A program made the position numbers and the translations under genes. Shown one piece after another: positions 1 to 10,265 of a stretch of DNA of 64,000 nt. How positions within the stretch are numbered: position 1 is the first letter of the stretch; each line of letters starts with the position of its first letter. This DNA comes from Candidatus Sulfomarinibacteraceae bacterium (GTDB taxonomy: Bacteria; Acidobacteriota; Thermoanaerobaculia; Thermoanaerobaculales; Sulfomarinibacteraceae), in assembly GCA_963714885.1 (NCBI GenBank), contig CAVQQV010000004.1, positions 24,779-88,778 on the forward strand, in the 5' to 3' direction. A model generated the notes under the pieces. That model was given only the letters and a program-made list of their open reading frames with translations. It made no database searches and was not told the DNA's origin.

Positions 1-573
1 GGCGGGGTAGATCACCGGCGTGACGAACAACCAGATCTGTACGAGAAACGGCACCACGTACCGTACGTCGCGGTACTCGACATTGAGTGCCGACATCCAC
101 ATCCCGACGCCGAGGGCCGTCGCAAACGCGAGGGCCAACAACAGCGGCAGCCAGAGGACTTCAGTCCCGGGCCAGATCCCGTAGAAAACCATCATCGCCA
201 GCAGCACCACGAACGCGAGGACAAAGTCCACGACTCCCGCCAGAACAGTCGCGAGAGGGATGATCAGCCGAGGGAAGTAAACCTTGGTGATGAGGTTCTG
301 AGAACCAACGAGGCTGTTGGAGGACTGGGTCAGACCCTGAGCGAAGAAGGTCCACGGCAACAGCGCCGCGAATGAGAAGATCGGGTAGGGTAAGCCCTCG
401 GAGGATATCCCGGCGAGACCGCCGAAGAAGATCGTGAAGACGATCATGGTCATGGTCGGCTGGAGAATGGCCCAGGCGGCGCCGAGAACCGTTTGTTTAT
501 AGCGGACCTTGACGTCGCGCCAGACGAGGAAGTACAGCAGATCGCGGTATTCCCAGAGGTCTCGCAGCCTCAC
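1..573 (-). CDS. ABC-2 type polysaccharide/O-antigen export permease (Wzm/TagG-like); C-terminus runs off the window
   Basis: My own reverse translation of 1-573 gives VRLRDLWEYRDLLYFLVWRDVKVRYKQTVLGAAWAILQPTMTMIVFTIFFGGLAGISSEGLPYPIFSFAALLPWTFFAQGLTQSSNSLVGS..., the hallmark N-terminal block and TM pattern of ABC-2 exporters. It is not in the ORF track because it is open at the window edge. The first in-frame start is GTG 573. The conserved VVVIEPSRGW lies just upstream behind a TGA, so the true start (ATG 646) probably needs a 1-nt frame correction. Confidence 0.75.
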   Translation of the reverse strand, partial: MRLRDLWEYRDLLYFLVWRDVKVRYKQTVLGAAWAILQPTMTMIVFTIFFGGLAGISSEGLPYPIFSFAALLPWTFFAQGLTQSSNSLVGSQNLITKVYFPRLIIPLATVLAGVVDFVLAFVVLLAMMVFYGIWPGTEVLWLPLLLALAFATALGVGMWMSALNVEYRDVRYVVPFLVQIWLFVTPVIYPA

Positions 574-789
574 CGGTACCCAGCCTCGTGAGGGTTCGAT
601 GACGACGACTCGGTCCGACGCCCCGGTATGTCACTTCGTCGCCCATCGACGCATTGTAAACCAGCGATGCCTGGCCGGTCGGCGCCCGATCGCCAACTGG
701 GGGCGTGCTGCCGTGCACGCGGTCGTGATCCTTCAGGTCGGCGTTCCGATCTGATGTTTCGTGCGACAAACCAGGTTTCGTGGCGGGTT

Positions 790-1684
790 TCAGATCGACC
801 TCAGCGCTTCCAGGCTCGGCAAGGACCGGATTCGACCGTCGGCTGCCATTTGGGCCTCGCGATCCCGAATGTGTTCTGACATGGCGTGCGGGTGGTAGGT
901 GCAGGTGATCCGGTAGATGTGACGGGCATGGTTCCCGGCGAGCTCGAGCATCGCGAAGTAGACCGCCATGTCCGGGGCCATGTCCCAATACTCCCCGGTT
1001 GTCGGATCGATGAGGTGGTGCTCAGGGATTGAGTGATAGAGCCCGACTCGGAACGTGCGCAGGTGACTCGTCGTCCACGGTGCATGCCGGTAGGTTCGGC
1101 GGCTTCGAATGGACCGCGGCGGCGGGAGCTGATACACGATGGTGCCGTCGGTCTGCCGGAGGGTGTTATAGGTCATCCATACGTTGTCGTCACTGTAGAC
1201 CTTGTTGAGGAAGGCCAGAACACCGGGATCGGGAAGCCAGTCGTCGCCGTTGAGCTCGATGCCGATAGCCGAGGATTCAGCCATCCTGAAACCGGCGAGG
1301 TTATTGGCCAACATCCCCCGCCGCTCGGGATTGCGGATGAACTCCACCCGGTGGTCCGGGTGGTTCTGCAACCAGCCCTCGATAAGTGCAGGTGTGTCAT
1401 CGGTCGACGCGTCGTCGATGAATATGTGGCGGACTAGGTGCCTTGGGATATCTCTGATCGTGGACCGACTGGAGGCATTGCAGTGCGATCTCCCCCATGT
1501 TGCGCTGGGCGGATACGACGTGGAACACTTGATCGACGCGAGGGCTGACCAGGCTGTAGCGGAGGATCTCCGCTCCCCGACCGAGCGCGCGCCGGAGGAG
1601 CCGGACACGGTACCGGTTGCCCAACCAGCGGAGCGGGTGGCGTGCAAAGCGTGGCGGAGCGCTCGTGACAGGGACGTCGTCCAT
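790..1684 (-). CDS. family 2 glycosyltransferase, interrupted by one apparent frameshift (~1443)
   Basis: ORF 1397..1684 gives the N-terminal GT2 block (VFHVVSAQRNMGEIALQCLQSVHDQRYPK). ORF 790..1647 continues in another frame with HLVRHIFIDDASTDDTPALIEGW...NPERRGMLANNLAGF...ELNGDDW. The junction lies in CCTTGG (1441-1446); removing one G restores ...YPK-HLVRHIFIDD. Confidence 0.7.
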
Positions 1685-1777
1685 GGACTCCCATGTTAAC
1701 GGAGAAGCTGGTGAGACAGCGAACCTGCCGTCAACGGTCCGCGGTGCTTCTGAGCTCCGGTGCTACCCTTGTTTGAG

Positions 1778-2890
1778 ATGAATCGCTCGTGCTCACGACC
1801 AGACGAGTTGCGCCCCAGGCTTCTCCTCGTGTCATTCGAGCAGTTCGGCTACCACATCGACACCTTCGAGTACTGCCGCCACCTTCGAGACCGTTATCGG
1901 ATCACGTATCTCTGCCCCGATCGAGGGCTGCCGCGGTGCGAGTTCGACGGGTGTCGAGGTTGTTTATTGCGGGCGGCCGCCACTGGGCAAGGTCGAGCTC
2001 GGGCTTCTTCTCGAGTCCAGCGCCGCCATCAGAAATATCAAGCCAGATGCGGTCTTCCTGCGGCGCACCAAGTTCAGCTTCCTCCTCCGGTTGCGCCACC
2101 CGCGGACACCGATGGTCTTCGATATCCGCAGCGGCAGCGTTGAAACTGACCCGTGGCGACGGGGCGTGGAAAACTTCTTGGTGCGGTTCAATTCCTGGTT
2201 TTTCCGCGACATCACTGTCATCTCGGAAGGGTTGGCGCGGCAGCTTCATCTGCCGCGACGGGCGCGCGTTCTGCCGCTGGCCGCGGATCGTCAGCCTCAT
2301 CTGACCACCGCTGCGGCGGGATGAGATCCGACTCATCTATGTCGGGACGTTTCAAAATCGTCATCTGGAGCGAACCGTGCACGGCCTCGGTCGGTTTCTC
2401 GCCGAACGTGACCCCGGCATTCCGATTCGTTACACCATCGTGGGGTTCGGATCTGAGGCCGAAGTGGCAGCGATCCGCGAGGCCGTGATCGACACCGGTC
2501 TTCAGGACACGGTCCTGATTCGCGACCGGGTCGATCACGGGGCTGTCGCTGCGCTCCTCGCAGATCACAACGTCGGTGTCGCCTTCACCCCGCAGGGTGC
2601 CGTGGTTTGAGCACCAACCATCGACCAAAATTTTCGAATATCTGCATTCCGGGCTGTTGTGCATCGCCACCGACACCAGCGCCAATCGAGATGTGATTTC
2701 CGATGCCAATGGCATCCTGGTCGACGACACCGCGGAGGCCTTCGCCCGAGGCCTCGATCGTGTCCGGAACGTGCTGCCGAGCTGGAACCCTCGAGCGGTT
2801 GCCGACGGAGTTCGGGACCTCACATGGGAACGAGTCGTCGTCGACATGCTCCTGCCGATTCTGGAATCGGCGCGCAGTGAACGACGCTGA
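1778..2890 (+). CDS. GT4/GT1-family (GT-B) glycosyltransferase, interrupted by three apparent frameshifts (~1950, ~2295, ~2600)
   Basis: Homologous sequence hops frames. 1778-~1950: RPRLLLVSFEQFGYHIDTFEYCRHLRDRYRITYLCPDRGLP. ~1950-2290: VEVVYCGRPPLGKVELGLLL...MVFDIRSGSVETDPWRRGVENFLVRFNSWFFRDITVISEGLARQL. 2305-2610: EIRLIYVGTFQNRHLERTVHGLGRFLAERDPGIPIRYTIVGFGSE. 2576..2890: FEHQPSTKIFEYLHSGLLCIATDTSANRDVISDANGILVDD. Order and content fit one GT-B transferase. Confidence 0.6.
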
Positions 2891-2984
2891 CGAGACTGGG
2901 CGCACCGGGAGGTAGGCTCGTTTCCGCCCTATCTCGGGTGCACGTTGCTCTCGGCCCACGAGATGTCCGATTTCCGACCGGCGC

Positions 2985-4577
2985 ATGGTCGGCCATGAGT
3001 CGGAGGATGTGGTCGGGTCTCTTCCTATGAGAACTCAGGCGCGTCGCGAAACGGATTTTCCTCATGGTAGGCTCGAAGTCGGAGTCGATTCAGACTACTT
3101 GGCAACACTCGATCCTTCACGGCAGAGTCGGGCCGCAGCTTACGGTCCGATGTTTGCAGTCGCGATCGTCTATGCGGTCTCGAGAGTCATGTTTCTGCCT
3201 CTCGGCTACGGCCTGGATGACGACGCCTGGCTCCTGGCCCGTGCCGCCGACATCCTGGCCAACGGGGGCGGCTATGTGGCCTCGCGCCTCCCCGGCTACC
3301 CGTCGGTCGAGCTGATCGTCGGAGGCCTGTTCTGCCTGTTCGGCACCTCGGCAGTGCTCGGGAACCTTTCCGCATCGCTCGCGGGACTGGCGCTGATGTT
3401 TGCACTGTGGGTGGTCCTGGACGGCGAGGTGTCGGAGACGATGCGGCTGTTCGCCGTGTGTGCCGTCGCCTTCCACCCCGCGGTCTGGACGGCGTCGGTG
3501 ACGACGCTGGACCCCATCTTCGGGGCGGCTTTTCTCGTGCTCTCGGTCGCTGCGGTGAGCCGAAGGCGCCCCGTTCTCGCAGGGGTATTTCTGGGTCTGG
3601 CCGTCGGTTGCCGTCTGACCGATGCGCTCGCAGCGCTTCCGATTGCGTTCTTCGCGAGGGGCAAAACCGGGGGGTGGCGCACCGCCGCGAAAACGGTCGT
3701 GACCGGAGGCATCGTTGGAGCGTCACTCTTTGTCCTGCCGCTGCTGGCGCACGGAATTGGTTTTCTGGACTACGAACCGGTGATTCAGAGGGATTTCGTG
3801 ACCGGAGGGTACAAGGTCTACCGGGAGTTGATCGGCCTACCGCTCGTCGTCGGATCGGTAATGGTGGCAGGCGCCGTGCTGGTGTCGGGCGAACGCCGCC
3901 GCCGAACGCGGGATCTGATCGGCGAGCCCCTGGTGGTGCTCGGCGCGACCGCCGTGGTGGTGCTGGCAACCCCGTTTGTGATCCTGCCGACGGACCCGCA
4001 GTATCTCCTGCCGTGGGTGCCGTTCGGCGTGATCCTGTTGGCGGGGTCGGTGCGCCGACGGGTCGTTCGTGAATCGTGGGCAATCGGGCTCCTCGCGGCT
4101 GCGATGGCTCCCTCAGCGATCGGCATCGGGCTTCTCGATCTTGACTCCTGGAGGAGCCGCCACGAGCTGCGGCCGGTGTGGATCGAGCCGGGTCAAATCC
4201 CCGAGCACTACGTGGAGCGAGTCACCCAGATCCGGCACGCGGATACGGCCGCCGGGTTTTCGTATCCGGTCGGTTCAGCGGTGATCCTCGGCAGCCCGTT
4301 CATGGCGACGCAGCAGGCGCTGGGGGTTCCAGAGCGCGATTTGGCGACCTATCTCTACGAGGCCCCGGAACGAGGGCTGATGCTCTTCCGTCTCCTCCCA
4401 CCCTGGTACCTCGACCGCGTGGACGGGATGTCGGTGTGGTACGCGGAAGGCGAAGACCTCCCGTATCTGACGCGGCGGATTTTCGGTTATGAGCTCGACG
4501 ATCTCAACGCTCGTCCATTCAAGGTGTGGCCGGTGATCGATCGCCGCATCGGGGACTCCGAGAAACGGGCCCGGTGA
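2985..4577 (+). CDS. polytopic membrane glycosyltransferase, ArnT/PMT_2-like (GT-C fold), putative
   Basis: Intact 530-aa ORF with many hydrophobic spans. The N-terminal loop LPLGYGLDDDAWLLARAADILANGGGYVASRLPGYPSVE resembles GT39/GT83 lipid-linked-sugar transferases, and the gene is embedded among GT genes. Start uncertain (ATG 2985 or ATG 3027). Confidence 0.55.
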   Translation: MVGHESEDVVGSLPMRTQARRETDFPHGRLEVGVDSDYLATLDPSRQSRAAAYGPMFAVAIVYAVSRVMFLPLGYGLDDDAWLLARAADILANGGGYVASRLPGYPSVELIVGGLFCLFGTSAVLGNLSASLAGLALMFALWVVLDGEVSETMRLFAVCAVAFHPAVWTASVTTLDPIFGAAFLVLSVAAVSRRRPVLAGVFLGLAVGCRLTDALAALPIAFFARGKTGGWRTAAKTVVTGGIVGASLFVLPLLAHGIGFLDYEPVIQRDFVTGGYKVYRELIGLPLVVGSVMVAGAVLVSGERRRRTRDLIGEPLVVLGATAVVVLATPFVILPTDPQYLLPWVPFGVILLAGSVRRRVVRESWAIGLLAAAMAPSAIGIGLLDLDSWRSRHELRPVWIEPGQIPEHYVERVTQIRHADTAAGFSYPVGSAVILGSPFMATQQALGVPERDLATYLYEAPERGLMLFRLLPPWYLDRVDGMSVWYAEGEDLPYLTRRIFGYELDDLNARPFKVWPVIDRRIGDSEKRAR

Positions 4578-5737
4578 ATGAGAGTCGTCCACCTTTCGCA
4601 CCTCGCCTCGACGACAGCACCGACCGGTGCTGAGCGGGTGCTCGATCTCCTGGCGTGTGGCTTGAGTGACCGGGGTCATCGAGTTGCTGTCGTGGCTCCG
4701 GGTCCTTGGGGCCTGGCCGCATCCCAACCGCGGTAGCGACGTGGAGGTGAGGTCGATTCCGATTCGATGCTGCTGGTTGGTGCAGGCCGAGCGCCAACCC
4801 CCGTGGCTCCAGGTGGCGCGCGGCGCCGATTCCTGCTGCCGGATCCGGGGGCGAGGAAGCTCCGGGAGTTCTTTGCGGACTTTGATCCCGATGTCGTTCA
4901 CGTCAATTGCCTGCCGCATCTTCGGGGTGCGGCCGTGGCGCGCGCATGTCGGTCGCCCGGTTGTGTGGCACGTGCACGAGATCCTGCCGCCGGGTCGTCG
5001 TCGCCGGTGGTTTGCCGGCCGCCTGCGGCGGGACGCGACGCGGATCGTGGCGGTCAGCGAGGCGGTGGCCGGGTGGCTCCGGGACGAGGGGCTCGGTGAT
5101 CTCGTGGAGGTGGTCCACAACGGCGTCGAGGCGCCGGGTCGGATGCCGGATCGCGATGCGGCGCGCGAGGCCTTCGGTCTTCCGGTCGACGGATGTGTGG
5201 TGGGGCTCTTCAGCCAGTTGGTGGAGCACAAGGGTGCGCTCGATTTCGTGCGGGCTGCGCATCAGGCAGGGCCTGGAAACCTGCAGATGCGGTTTCTGAT
5301 CGCGGGCCACGGCCCGGCGCGTTTCGTCGAGCGGCTGCGGCGCGCGATCGCCGATGGGCCGGCCGCGGACCGCATTCGGTTGGTGCCGCCGCAGCCCGAA
5401 ATCTGGCCGCTGCTGGCGGCGGTGGATCGTGGTGGCGATCACGACCTTGTGGCCCGACCCGCTTCCGCGGGTGGTGATGGAGGCGATGGCTGTGGGGAAG
5501 CCTGTGGCAGGCTATGCCGGCGGTGGCGTTCCCGAGATGGTGGTGGATGGCGAGACCGGTCTGCTGTGTGCGCCGGGCGATGTTGACGGCCTCGCGGCGG
5601 CTTTCGGACGGCTCGCCGAAGATGACGATCTTCGGCGGCGGATGGGCGAAGCCGGTCGCGTCCGCGCACGCGAGTTCTTCAGCGTCGAACGCCACGTGGA
5701 CCGGATGGAGGCGGTACTGCAGGCGGCCGCGAGGTGA
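4578..5737 (+). CDS. GT4-family glycosyltransferase, interrupted by about four apparent frameshifts (~4730, ~4765, ~4940, ~5435)
   Basis: ATG 4578 directly follows the upstream stop. Fragments in order: MRVVHLSHLASTTAPTGAERVLDLLACGLSDRGHRVAVVAPG (4578-); RRFLLPDPGARKLREFFADFDPDVVHVNCLPHLRGAAVARA (frame of 4767..5099); RPVVWHVHEILPPG...RIVAVSEAVAGWL...VVHNGVEAP...GLFSQLVEHKGALDFVRAA (frame of 4666..5586); VVAITTLWPDPLPRVVMEAMAVGKPVAGYAGGGVPEMVVDGETGLL (5354..5737). Confidence 0.65.
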
Positions 5738-5846
5738 TCGTCTCCCGCTCCGGACAGGCTTTGCCCGTCACCCTCTATAATCAATTGATGGCCCGCGGCT
5801 TAGGTTTTCGAACCCCCCTCAGTTCGCCGCTCGTCGGAGCAGTGGT

Positions 5847-6801
5847 TTGAGCACGGGCGTGGGCGTCGTGGTGGTGAGCTACGACTCGGCGGACGACCTG
5901 CCATCGTGCCTCGACGCCCTGGGGCGGGCCTCGGGGGTCGAGAAGATAGTGGTCGTCGACAACGTCTCGCGCGACGCCAGCCGCGACATCGCACGATCGG
6001 TCGGCGATCCCCGGATCGCCGTCGTGGCGGAACCGGTCAACAGCGGTTTTGCCGGCGGCTGCAACCGTGGCTTTCGCGAACTCGCGACCCGGTACGATTT
6101 CCTCGCGTTCCTCAACCCCGATGTGGTGGTGAGCCGTGACTGTCTTTCCCGCTGCGCGGAAGCTCTCGAGGCGGATCCCGAGCTTGCCGGGGTTGCCCCT
6201 TTGCTGATGCGAGCCGATGGCGACACCGTCGACAGCGCCGGCCAGGTTCTGAAAAGCGCAAACCTCGAGGTCAGGGACATCGGCTATGGTCTGCCGCCAT
6301 CGCCCGATCTGTACGAGCCGCGGCCGGTGCTCGCGGCGTGTGGTGCGCTGGCGGTCTTTCGTACCTCGGCGCTGGCGGCGGTGGCGGACGAGCACGGTCC
6401 CTGGGCCCAGCACTATTTTTGTTTCTGGGAGGACCTGGAGCTCGGGTGGCGGCTGACCAACCGCGGCCGGCGAATCCTCACCTGTCCGGAGGCGGTGGCG
6501 ACCCACCGCCGTGGCGGCGGTGCAGCCGTTGGTCGTGGTCCCTCTGCGGTGGCGCAGGCCGGCCCACCTCGAGGCGTGTATGCTCACCAATCGCTGGATG
6601 ACGTTGATCCGACACCTGCATCCCCTTGATCTGGCGCCACGCCTGCCACTACTCTTGCTGTGGGACTCGGCGACGGTGGCGGCGGGGGCCGTGCGGCGCC
6701 CTTCGCTCATCGGTCACCTCAAACGGCGATGGCCGCTGGTCATGAAGGAGTGGCGCAGCAGGAGCCGATACCCACGACGGAGGTTGCGCGAACTCATATG
6801 A
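5847..6801 (+). CDS. family 2 glycosyltransferase (WbbL/rhamnosyltransferase-like), one apparent frameshift (~6535)
   Basis: TTG 5847. Sequence VVVVSYDSADDLPSCLDAL...VVVDNVSRDAS...NSGFAGGCNRG...FLNPDVVV...ACGALAVFR...FFCFWEDLELGWRL. The tail (PLRWRRPAHLEACMLTNRWMTLIRHL...) continues in the frame of ORF 6511..6801. Confidence 0.7.
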
Positions 6802-7799
6802 CCATTCGCCTGATACTCGGTTTCTTCCTCGCCTTCTTTCTCGCCCTCCGGGGGACGCCCCTGGCGCGTGAGGCGGCGCTTCGCTTCGGCGTCGTTGACG
6901 CACCCGACGGCAAACTCAAGAACCACCGTGAGCCGGTGGCCTATCTTGGCGGACTGGCAGTGTTCGGCTCCTTTCTGCTCTCCATCGGCATGACCTTCGA
7001 GTTCAGTCAGGAGCTACTGGCGCTGTTGCTGGCGTCGACCATCGTCGCCACCGTCGGGCTGATCGACGATTTCGGAGCTCTGACACCCATGCCGAAGGTC
7101 ATCGGTCAGGTGGTGGCAGTCTTCGTGCTGCTCAAGTCCGGGATCATGATCGAGGTCGCGGTGATGCCGCTGTGGCTCAGGCTTGTGGTGACCGTGGTGT
7201 GGCTGGTGGGGATGTCGAACGCCTTCAATCTGGTCGACATCATGGACGGACTGGCGAGCGGGCTCGGCGTCATCGCGGCGACCTTCCTTCTGGTGGTGGC
7301 GCTGCTCAACGGGCGTTGGATCGTGGCCGCCTTTACGGTTGCTCTGATCGGCGCCCTGCTCGGATTCCTGCGCTCGAACTTCTTCCCCGCGATCATCTAC
7401 CTGGGAGACTGCGGCAGCCTGTTCGTCGGTCTCACCCTGGGCGCGCTGGCCATGGTGATGGACTACACGATGTACAACCCCCTCGGCTGGTTGGCGCCGC
7501 TTTACATTCTCGCGGTGCCGATCATCGATACCCTGTATGTGATCGTCCTGCGTCTCCGGGCCGGGAAGAAGATCTACTACGGCAGCCCCGACCATTTTCC
7601 GTTGCGGGTCCGGCGTCGGCTGGACGGTTGGACGGCGGGGACGGTGGTCGCGAGTTACGCGGTGGCGGTGATCTTCGGCGCCCTCGGTCTCGTGGTGTTG
7701 GTCCTCGACCCGACGTCGACTCTGATTTTGACGGCAGTGGTGGGTGTCGTCGTGGTCGGCCTGTTGACCTGGCTCGCCATGGTCCCCATGGAGGGCTGA
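6798..7799 (+). CDS. polyprenyl-phosphate N-acetylhexosamine-1-phosphate transferase (WecA/MraY family, initiating transferase)
   Basis: MTIRLILGFFLAFFLALRGTPLAREAALRFGVVDAPDGKLKNH...GLIDD...NAFNLVDIMDGLASG...FFPAIIYLGDCGSLFVG, about 10 TM spans. ATG 6798 overlaps the upstream stop (ATGA). The part of the track ORF before 6798 looks non-coding for this protein. Confidence 0.8.
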   Translation: MTIRLILGFFLAFFLALRGTPLAREAALRFGVVDAPDGKLKNHREPVAYLGGLAVFGSFLLSIGMTFEFSQELLALLLASTIVATVGLIDDFGALTPMPKVIGQVVAVFVLLKSGIMIEVAVMPLWLRLVVTVVWLVGMSNAFNLVDIMDGLASGLGVIAATFLLVVALLNGRWIVAAFTVALIGALLGFLRSNFFPAIIYLGDCGSLFVGLTLGALAMVMDYTMYNPLGWLAPLYILAVPIIDTLYVIVLRLRAGKKIYYGSPDHFPLRVRRRLDGWTAGTVVASYAVAVIFGALGLVVLVLDPTSTLILTAVVGVVVVGLLTWLAMVPMEG

Positions 7800-9094
7800 T
7801 GGATCGTGTCGTGATCATCGGCGGTGGTCTCACCGGCCTTGTTGCCGGCGAGCAACTGGCGCGAAACGGCGATGCGGCGGTGGTGCTGGAGCGCGAGGTG
7901 GAGGCCGGCGGCGCCTGCCGCAGCATCGAGTGCGACGGCTTCACCTTCGACTACACGGGCCACCTCCTGCACGTGGCGAGGGAGGAAACCCAGGCGTATC
8001 TGACCGAGCTCGGCATCTGGGACCAGCTCGCGGTTCACGAGCGAAGGGCAGCGGTGGTCATCGGCGGGCGGACGACCCCATACCCGGTGCAGATCAACAC
8101 CAACGGTCTGGCTCCCGAGGTGCGGCGCGACTGCCTGCTCGGTTTCGTCAAGGCGTGGGCGGCGAGCGATGGCGAGGAGCCCACCGATTTTCGCCAATGG
8201 GTCTTGAACCGATTCGGCGAGGGCCTGGGCGAGCACTTCTTTTTTCCCTACAACAGCAAGCTCTATCGAGCCCGGCCGGAAGATCTGAGTCTCGACTGGG
8301 TGGGTCGCTACGTGCCGAAACCGAAGATCGAGGACGTGGTCAACGGGGCCTTCGGTCTCTACCGCGACCCGGTCGGCTACAACGCGGTCTTCCGCTATCC
8401 GCGCCGTGGCGGCATCCGGCTGCTGCCGGATCTGGTGGCCGAGCACACACCGGGTCTCGAGCTCGGGCGCGAGGTCACAGGTGTCCATCTCGGGGAGGGC
8501 TGGGTGGAGGTGGCTGACGGCGAGAGACTGCCGTGGCGGCGCATGCTTTCGACCATCTCCCTGCCGACGCTGATCGACAGGCTCGCCGACGACCTGCCCG
8601 ACGAGGTCCGGGCAGCGCGGGCGGCGTTGCGGTGGGTGCGCTGCCTCAACCTCGCCCTCGGCGTCGAGGGCGATGCCCCGAGCCCCGAGCACTGGCTGTA
8701 CTTCCCCGACCCCGCGCTGCCGTTTTACCGGGTCGGATTCCCATCGAACCATGGCCAGCTTGCCCCACCCGGTCACCACACGGTTTCGATCGAGGTGAGC
8801 CTCGACCCGGGAGAAGGCGACGTGGCCGAGTTGGCCGAAGTCACCGAAAATGCGGTGGCGGCCGCCGGGCTCGTCGATCGCTCTGCGGTGAGAGTGCGGC
8901 GGGTGACGGTGCTCGACCCCGCATACGTGGTCTTCGACCACCCACGCCGCGAGGCCGTGGCCGTGCTGCGGCGGTTTCTGCGGGAGCGCGGGGTGATCTT
9001 GGCTGGCCGGTGGGCGGAATGGAAGTACTCGGCCATGGAGGACGCGGTTCTCGACGGCATGCGGGCGGCACGCAGCCTCGGGAAGGAAGCGTAG
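7799..9094 (+). CDS. FAD-dependent oxidoreductase (amine-oxidase / UDP-galactopyranose-mutase-like fold)
   Basis: MDRVVIIGGGLTGLVAGEQL...VLERE dinucleotide-binding start. FFFPYNSKLYRARPEDLSLDWVGRYVPKP and GRWAEWKYSAMEDAV are typical of COG1232-type flavoenzymes found in glycan loci. ATG 7799 overlaps the upstream TGA. Confidence 0.6.
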   Translation: MDRVVIIGGGLTGLVAGEQLARNGDAAVVLEREVEAGGACRSIECDGFTFDYTGHLLHVAREETQAYLTELGIWDQLAVHERRAAVVIGGRTTPYPVQINTNGLAPEVRRDCLLGFVKAWAASDGEEPTDFRQWVLNRFGEGLGEHFFFPYNSKLYRARPEDLSLDWVGRYVPKPKIEDVVNGAFGLYRDPVGYNAVFRYPRRGGIRLLPDLVAEHTPGLELGREVTGVHLGEGWVEVADGERLPWRRMLSTISLPTLIDRLADDLPDEVRAARAALRWVRCLNLALGVEGDAPSPEHWLYFPDPALPFYRVGFPSNHGQLAPPGHHTVSIEVSLDPGEGDVAELAEVTENAVAAAGLVDRSAVRVRRVTVLDPAYVVFDHPRREAVAVLRRFLRERGVILAGRWAEWKYSAMEDAVLDGMRAARSLGKEA

Positions 9095-9102
9095 TCTCTG
9101 CC

Positions 9103-10265
9103 GTGGGCTCGGCCCCGAGACGCACCAGGGTTCTCCTGGTCATCACCCGGCTCGAACTGGGTGGGGCGCAGCGGGTTGTCCTCCATACCGCACGAAAGCT
9201 CGACCGGAAGGACTTCGAGGTCGCGCTGGCGTGGGGCCCCGGTGATCTTCTCGATTCCGAAGCAGCGGCCATCGACGACCTCCGGCTGTTCGAGGTACCG
9301 CCGCTGGTGCGCCCGGTGGCGCCGGTCTCCGACCTCCGTGCTTTCGCGGGCCTGCGCCGGGTCATCCGTACCTTTCGCCCGGACGTGGTCCACACCCACT
9401 CTTCCAAGGCCGGCATCCTGGGTCGACTTGCGGCTCGTCGCGAGAAGGTGCCGGTAGTGGTTCACACCATTCACGGGTTCGGCTTCACGCCGCTGCAACC
9501 GCCACCCATGCGAGTCGCCTTTCGTACCGTCGAGAAGGCCTGGCCCGCTGGACCGACCACTTTGTCACCGTGTCCGAATGCGACCGCCGGCGCGGCGTCG
9601 AGCTGGGTCTCTTTCCCGAGGAACGGGCGACGGTGATCCGGGCCGGGATCGACCTCGCGGCGTTCAGTACAGCCTCCGGCGGCGCCGCGGTGAGGGAACT
9701 GTTGGGCATCCCGAGTCAGGCGCCGCTGGTCACCCAGATTGGCAACTTCAAACCGCAGAAGGCGCCGCTCGATTTCGTGCGGGTGGCGGCGGCGGTGGCG
9801 GCCCAATGCCCGGAGGCGTGGTACGTCATGGTGGGCGACGGCCCGTTGCGCCCCGCCGCCGAGGAGCTGGCGCGATCGCTGGGTGTCGCCGACCGCATGG
9901 TGTTCTGCGGGTGGTGGGACGATGTGCCGGCGCTCCTCGAAACCACCACGGTGTCGGTCCTGACCTCGGTCCACGAAGGTCTGCCCTGTTCGGTGGTGGA
10001 GGCGCTGGCCGCGGGGGTGCCGGTGGTGGCGACGGCGGTCGACGGCACGCCCGAGGTGATCGCCCCCGGGGTGAACGGCTACCTGGCGCCGGTGGGAGAC
10101 ATCGGCGCCCTGGCACAATTCGTGTGCCGGTTGCTCAACGACCCCGACGAGCGGGCGCGGATGGCGGATGCCGCGCGCGAGGGGCTGGGAGATTTCGACC
10201 GCGATTTCATGGTGCGACAACAGGAGGAGCTCTACAGATGGATTGGACGCACGTACCGTTCGTGA
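9103..10265 (+). CDS. GT4-family glycosyltransferase, one apparent frameshift (~9545)
   Basis: The N-domain RVLLVITRLELGGAQRVVLHTARKLDRKDFEVALAWGPGD...PDVVHTHSSKAGILGRLAA...VVVHTIHGFGF is in the frame of ORF 8533..9636. The C-domain VSECDRRRGVELGL...VTQIGNFKPQKAPLDFV...VMVGDGPLR...LTSVHEGLPCSVVEALAAGVPVVATAVDGTPEVI is in ORF 9570..10265. Start GTG 9103 is tentative. Confidence 0.7.

Noticed and set aside
5751-5781. Perfect TATAAT at 5776-5781 upstream of the GT2 gene as a promoter
   Set aside because: The best -35 candidate (CGGACA) is weak and 19 nt away, and the gene sits inside a co-oriented glycan operon. The evidence is too thin to annotate.
8533-9102. N-terminal 190 aa of track ORF 8533..9636, and the long leaders of ORFs 7172.., 6660.., 9578.. 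and 38018.. as real coding extensions
   Set aside because: These stretches overlap the 3' parts of well-supported upstream genes in another frame and are Arg/Gly/Pro-rich. Family homology begins only at the internal starts used in the feature table.
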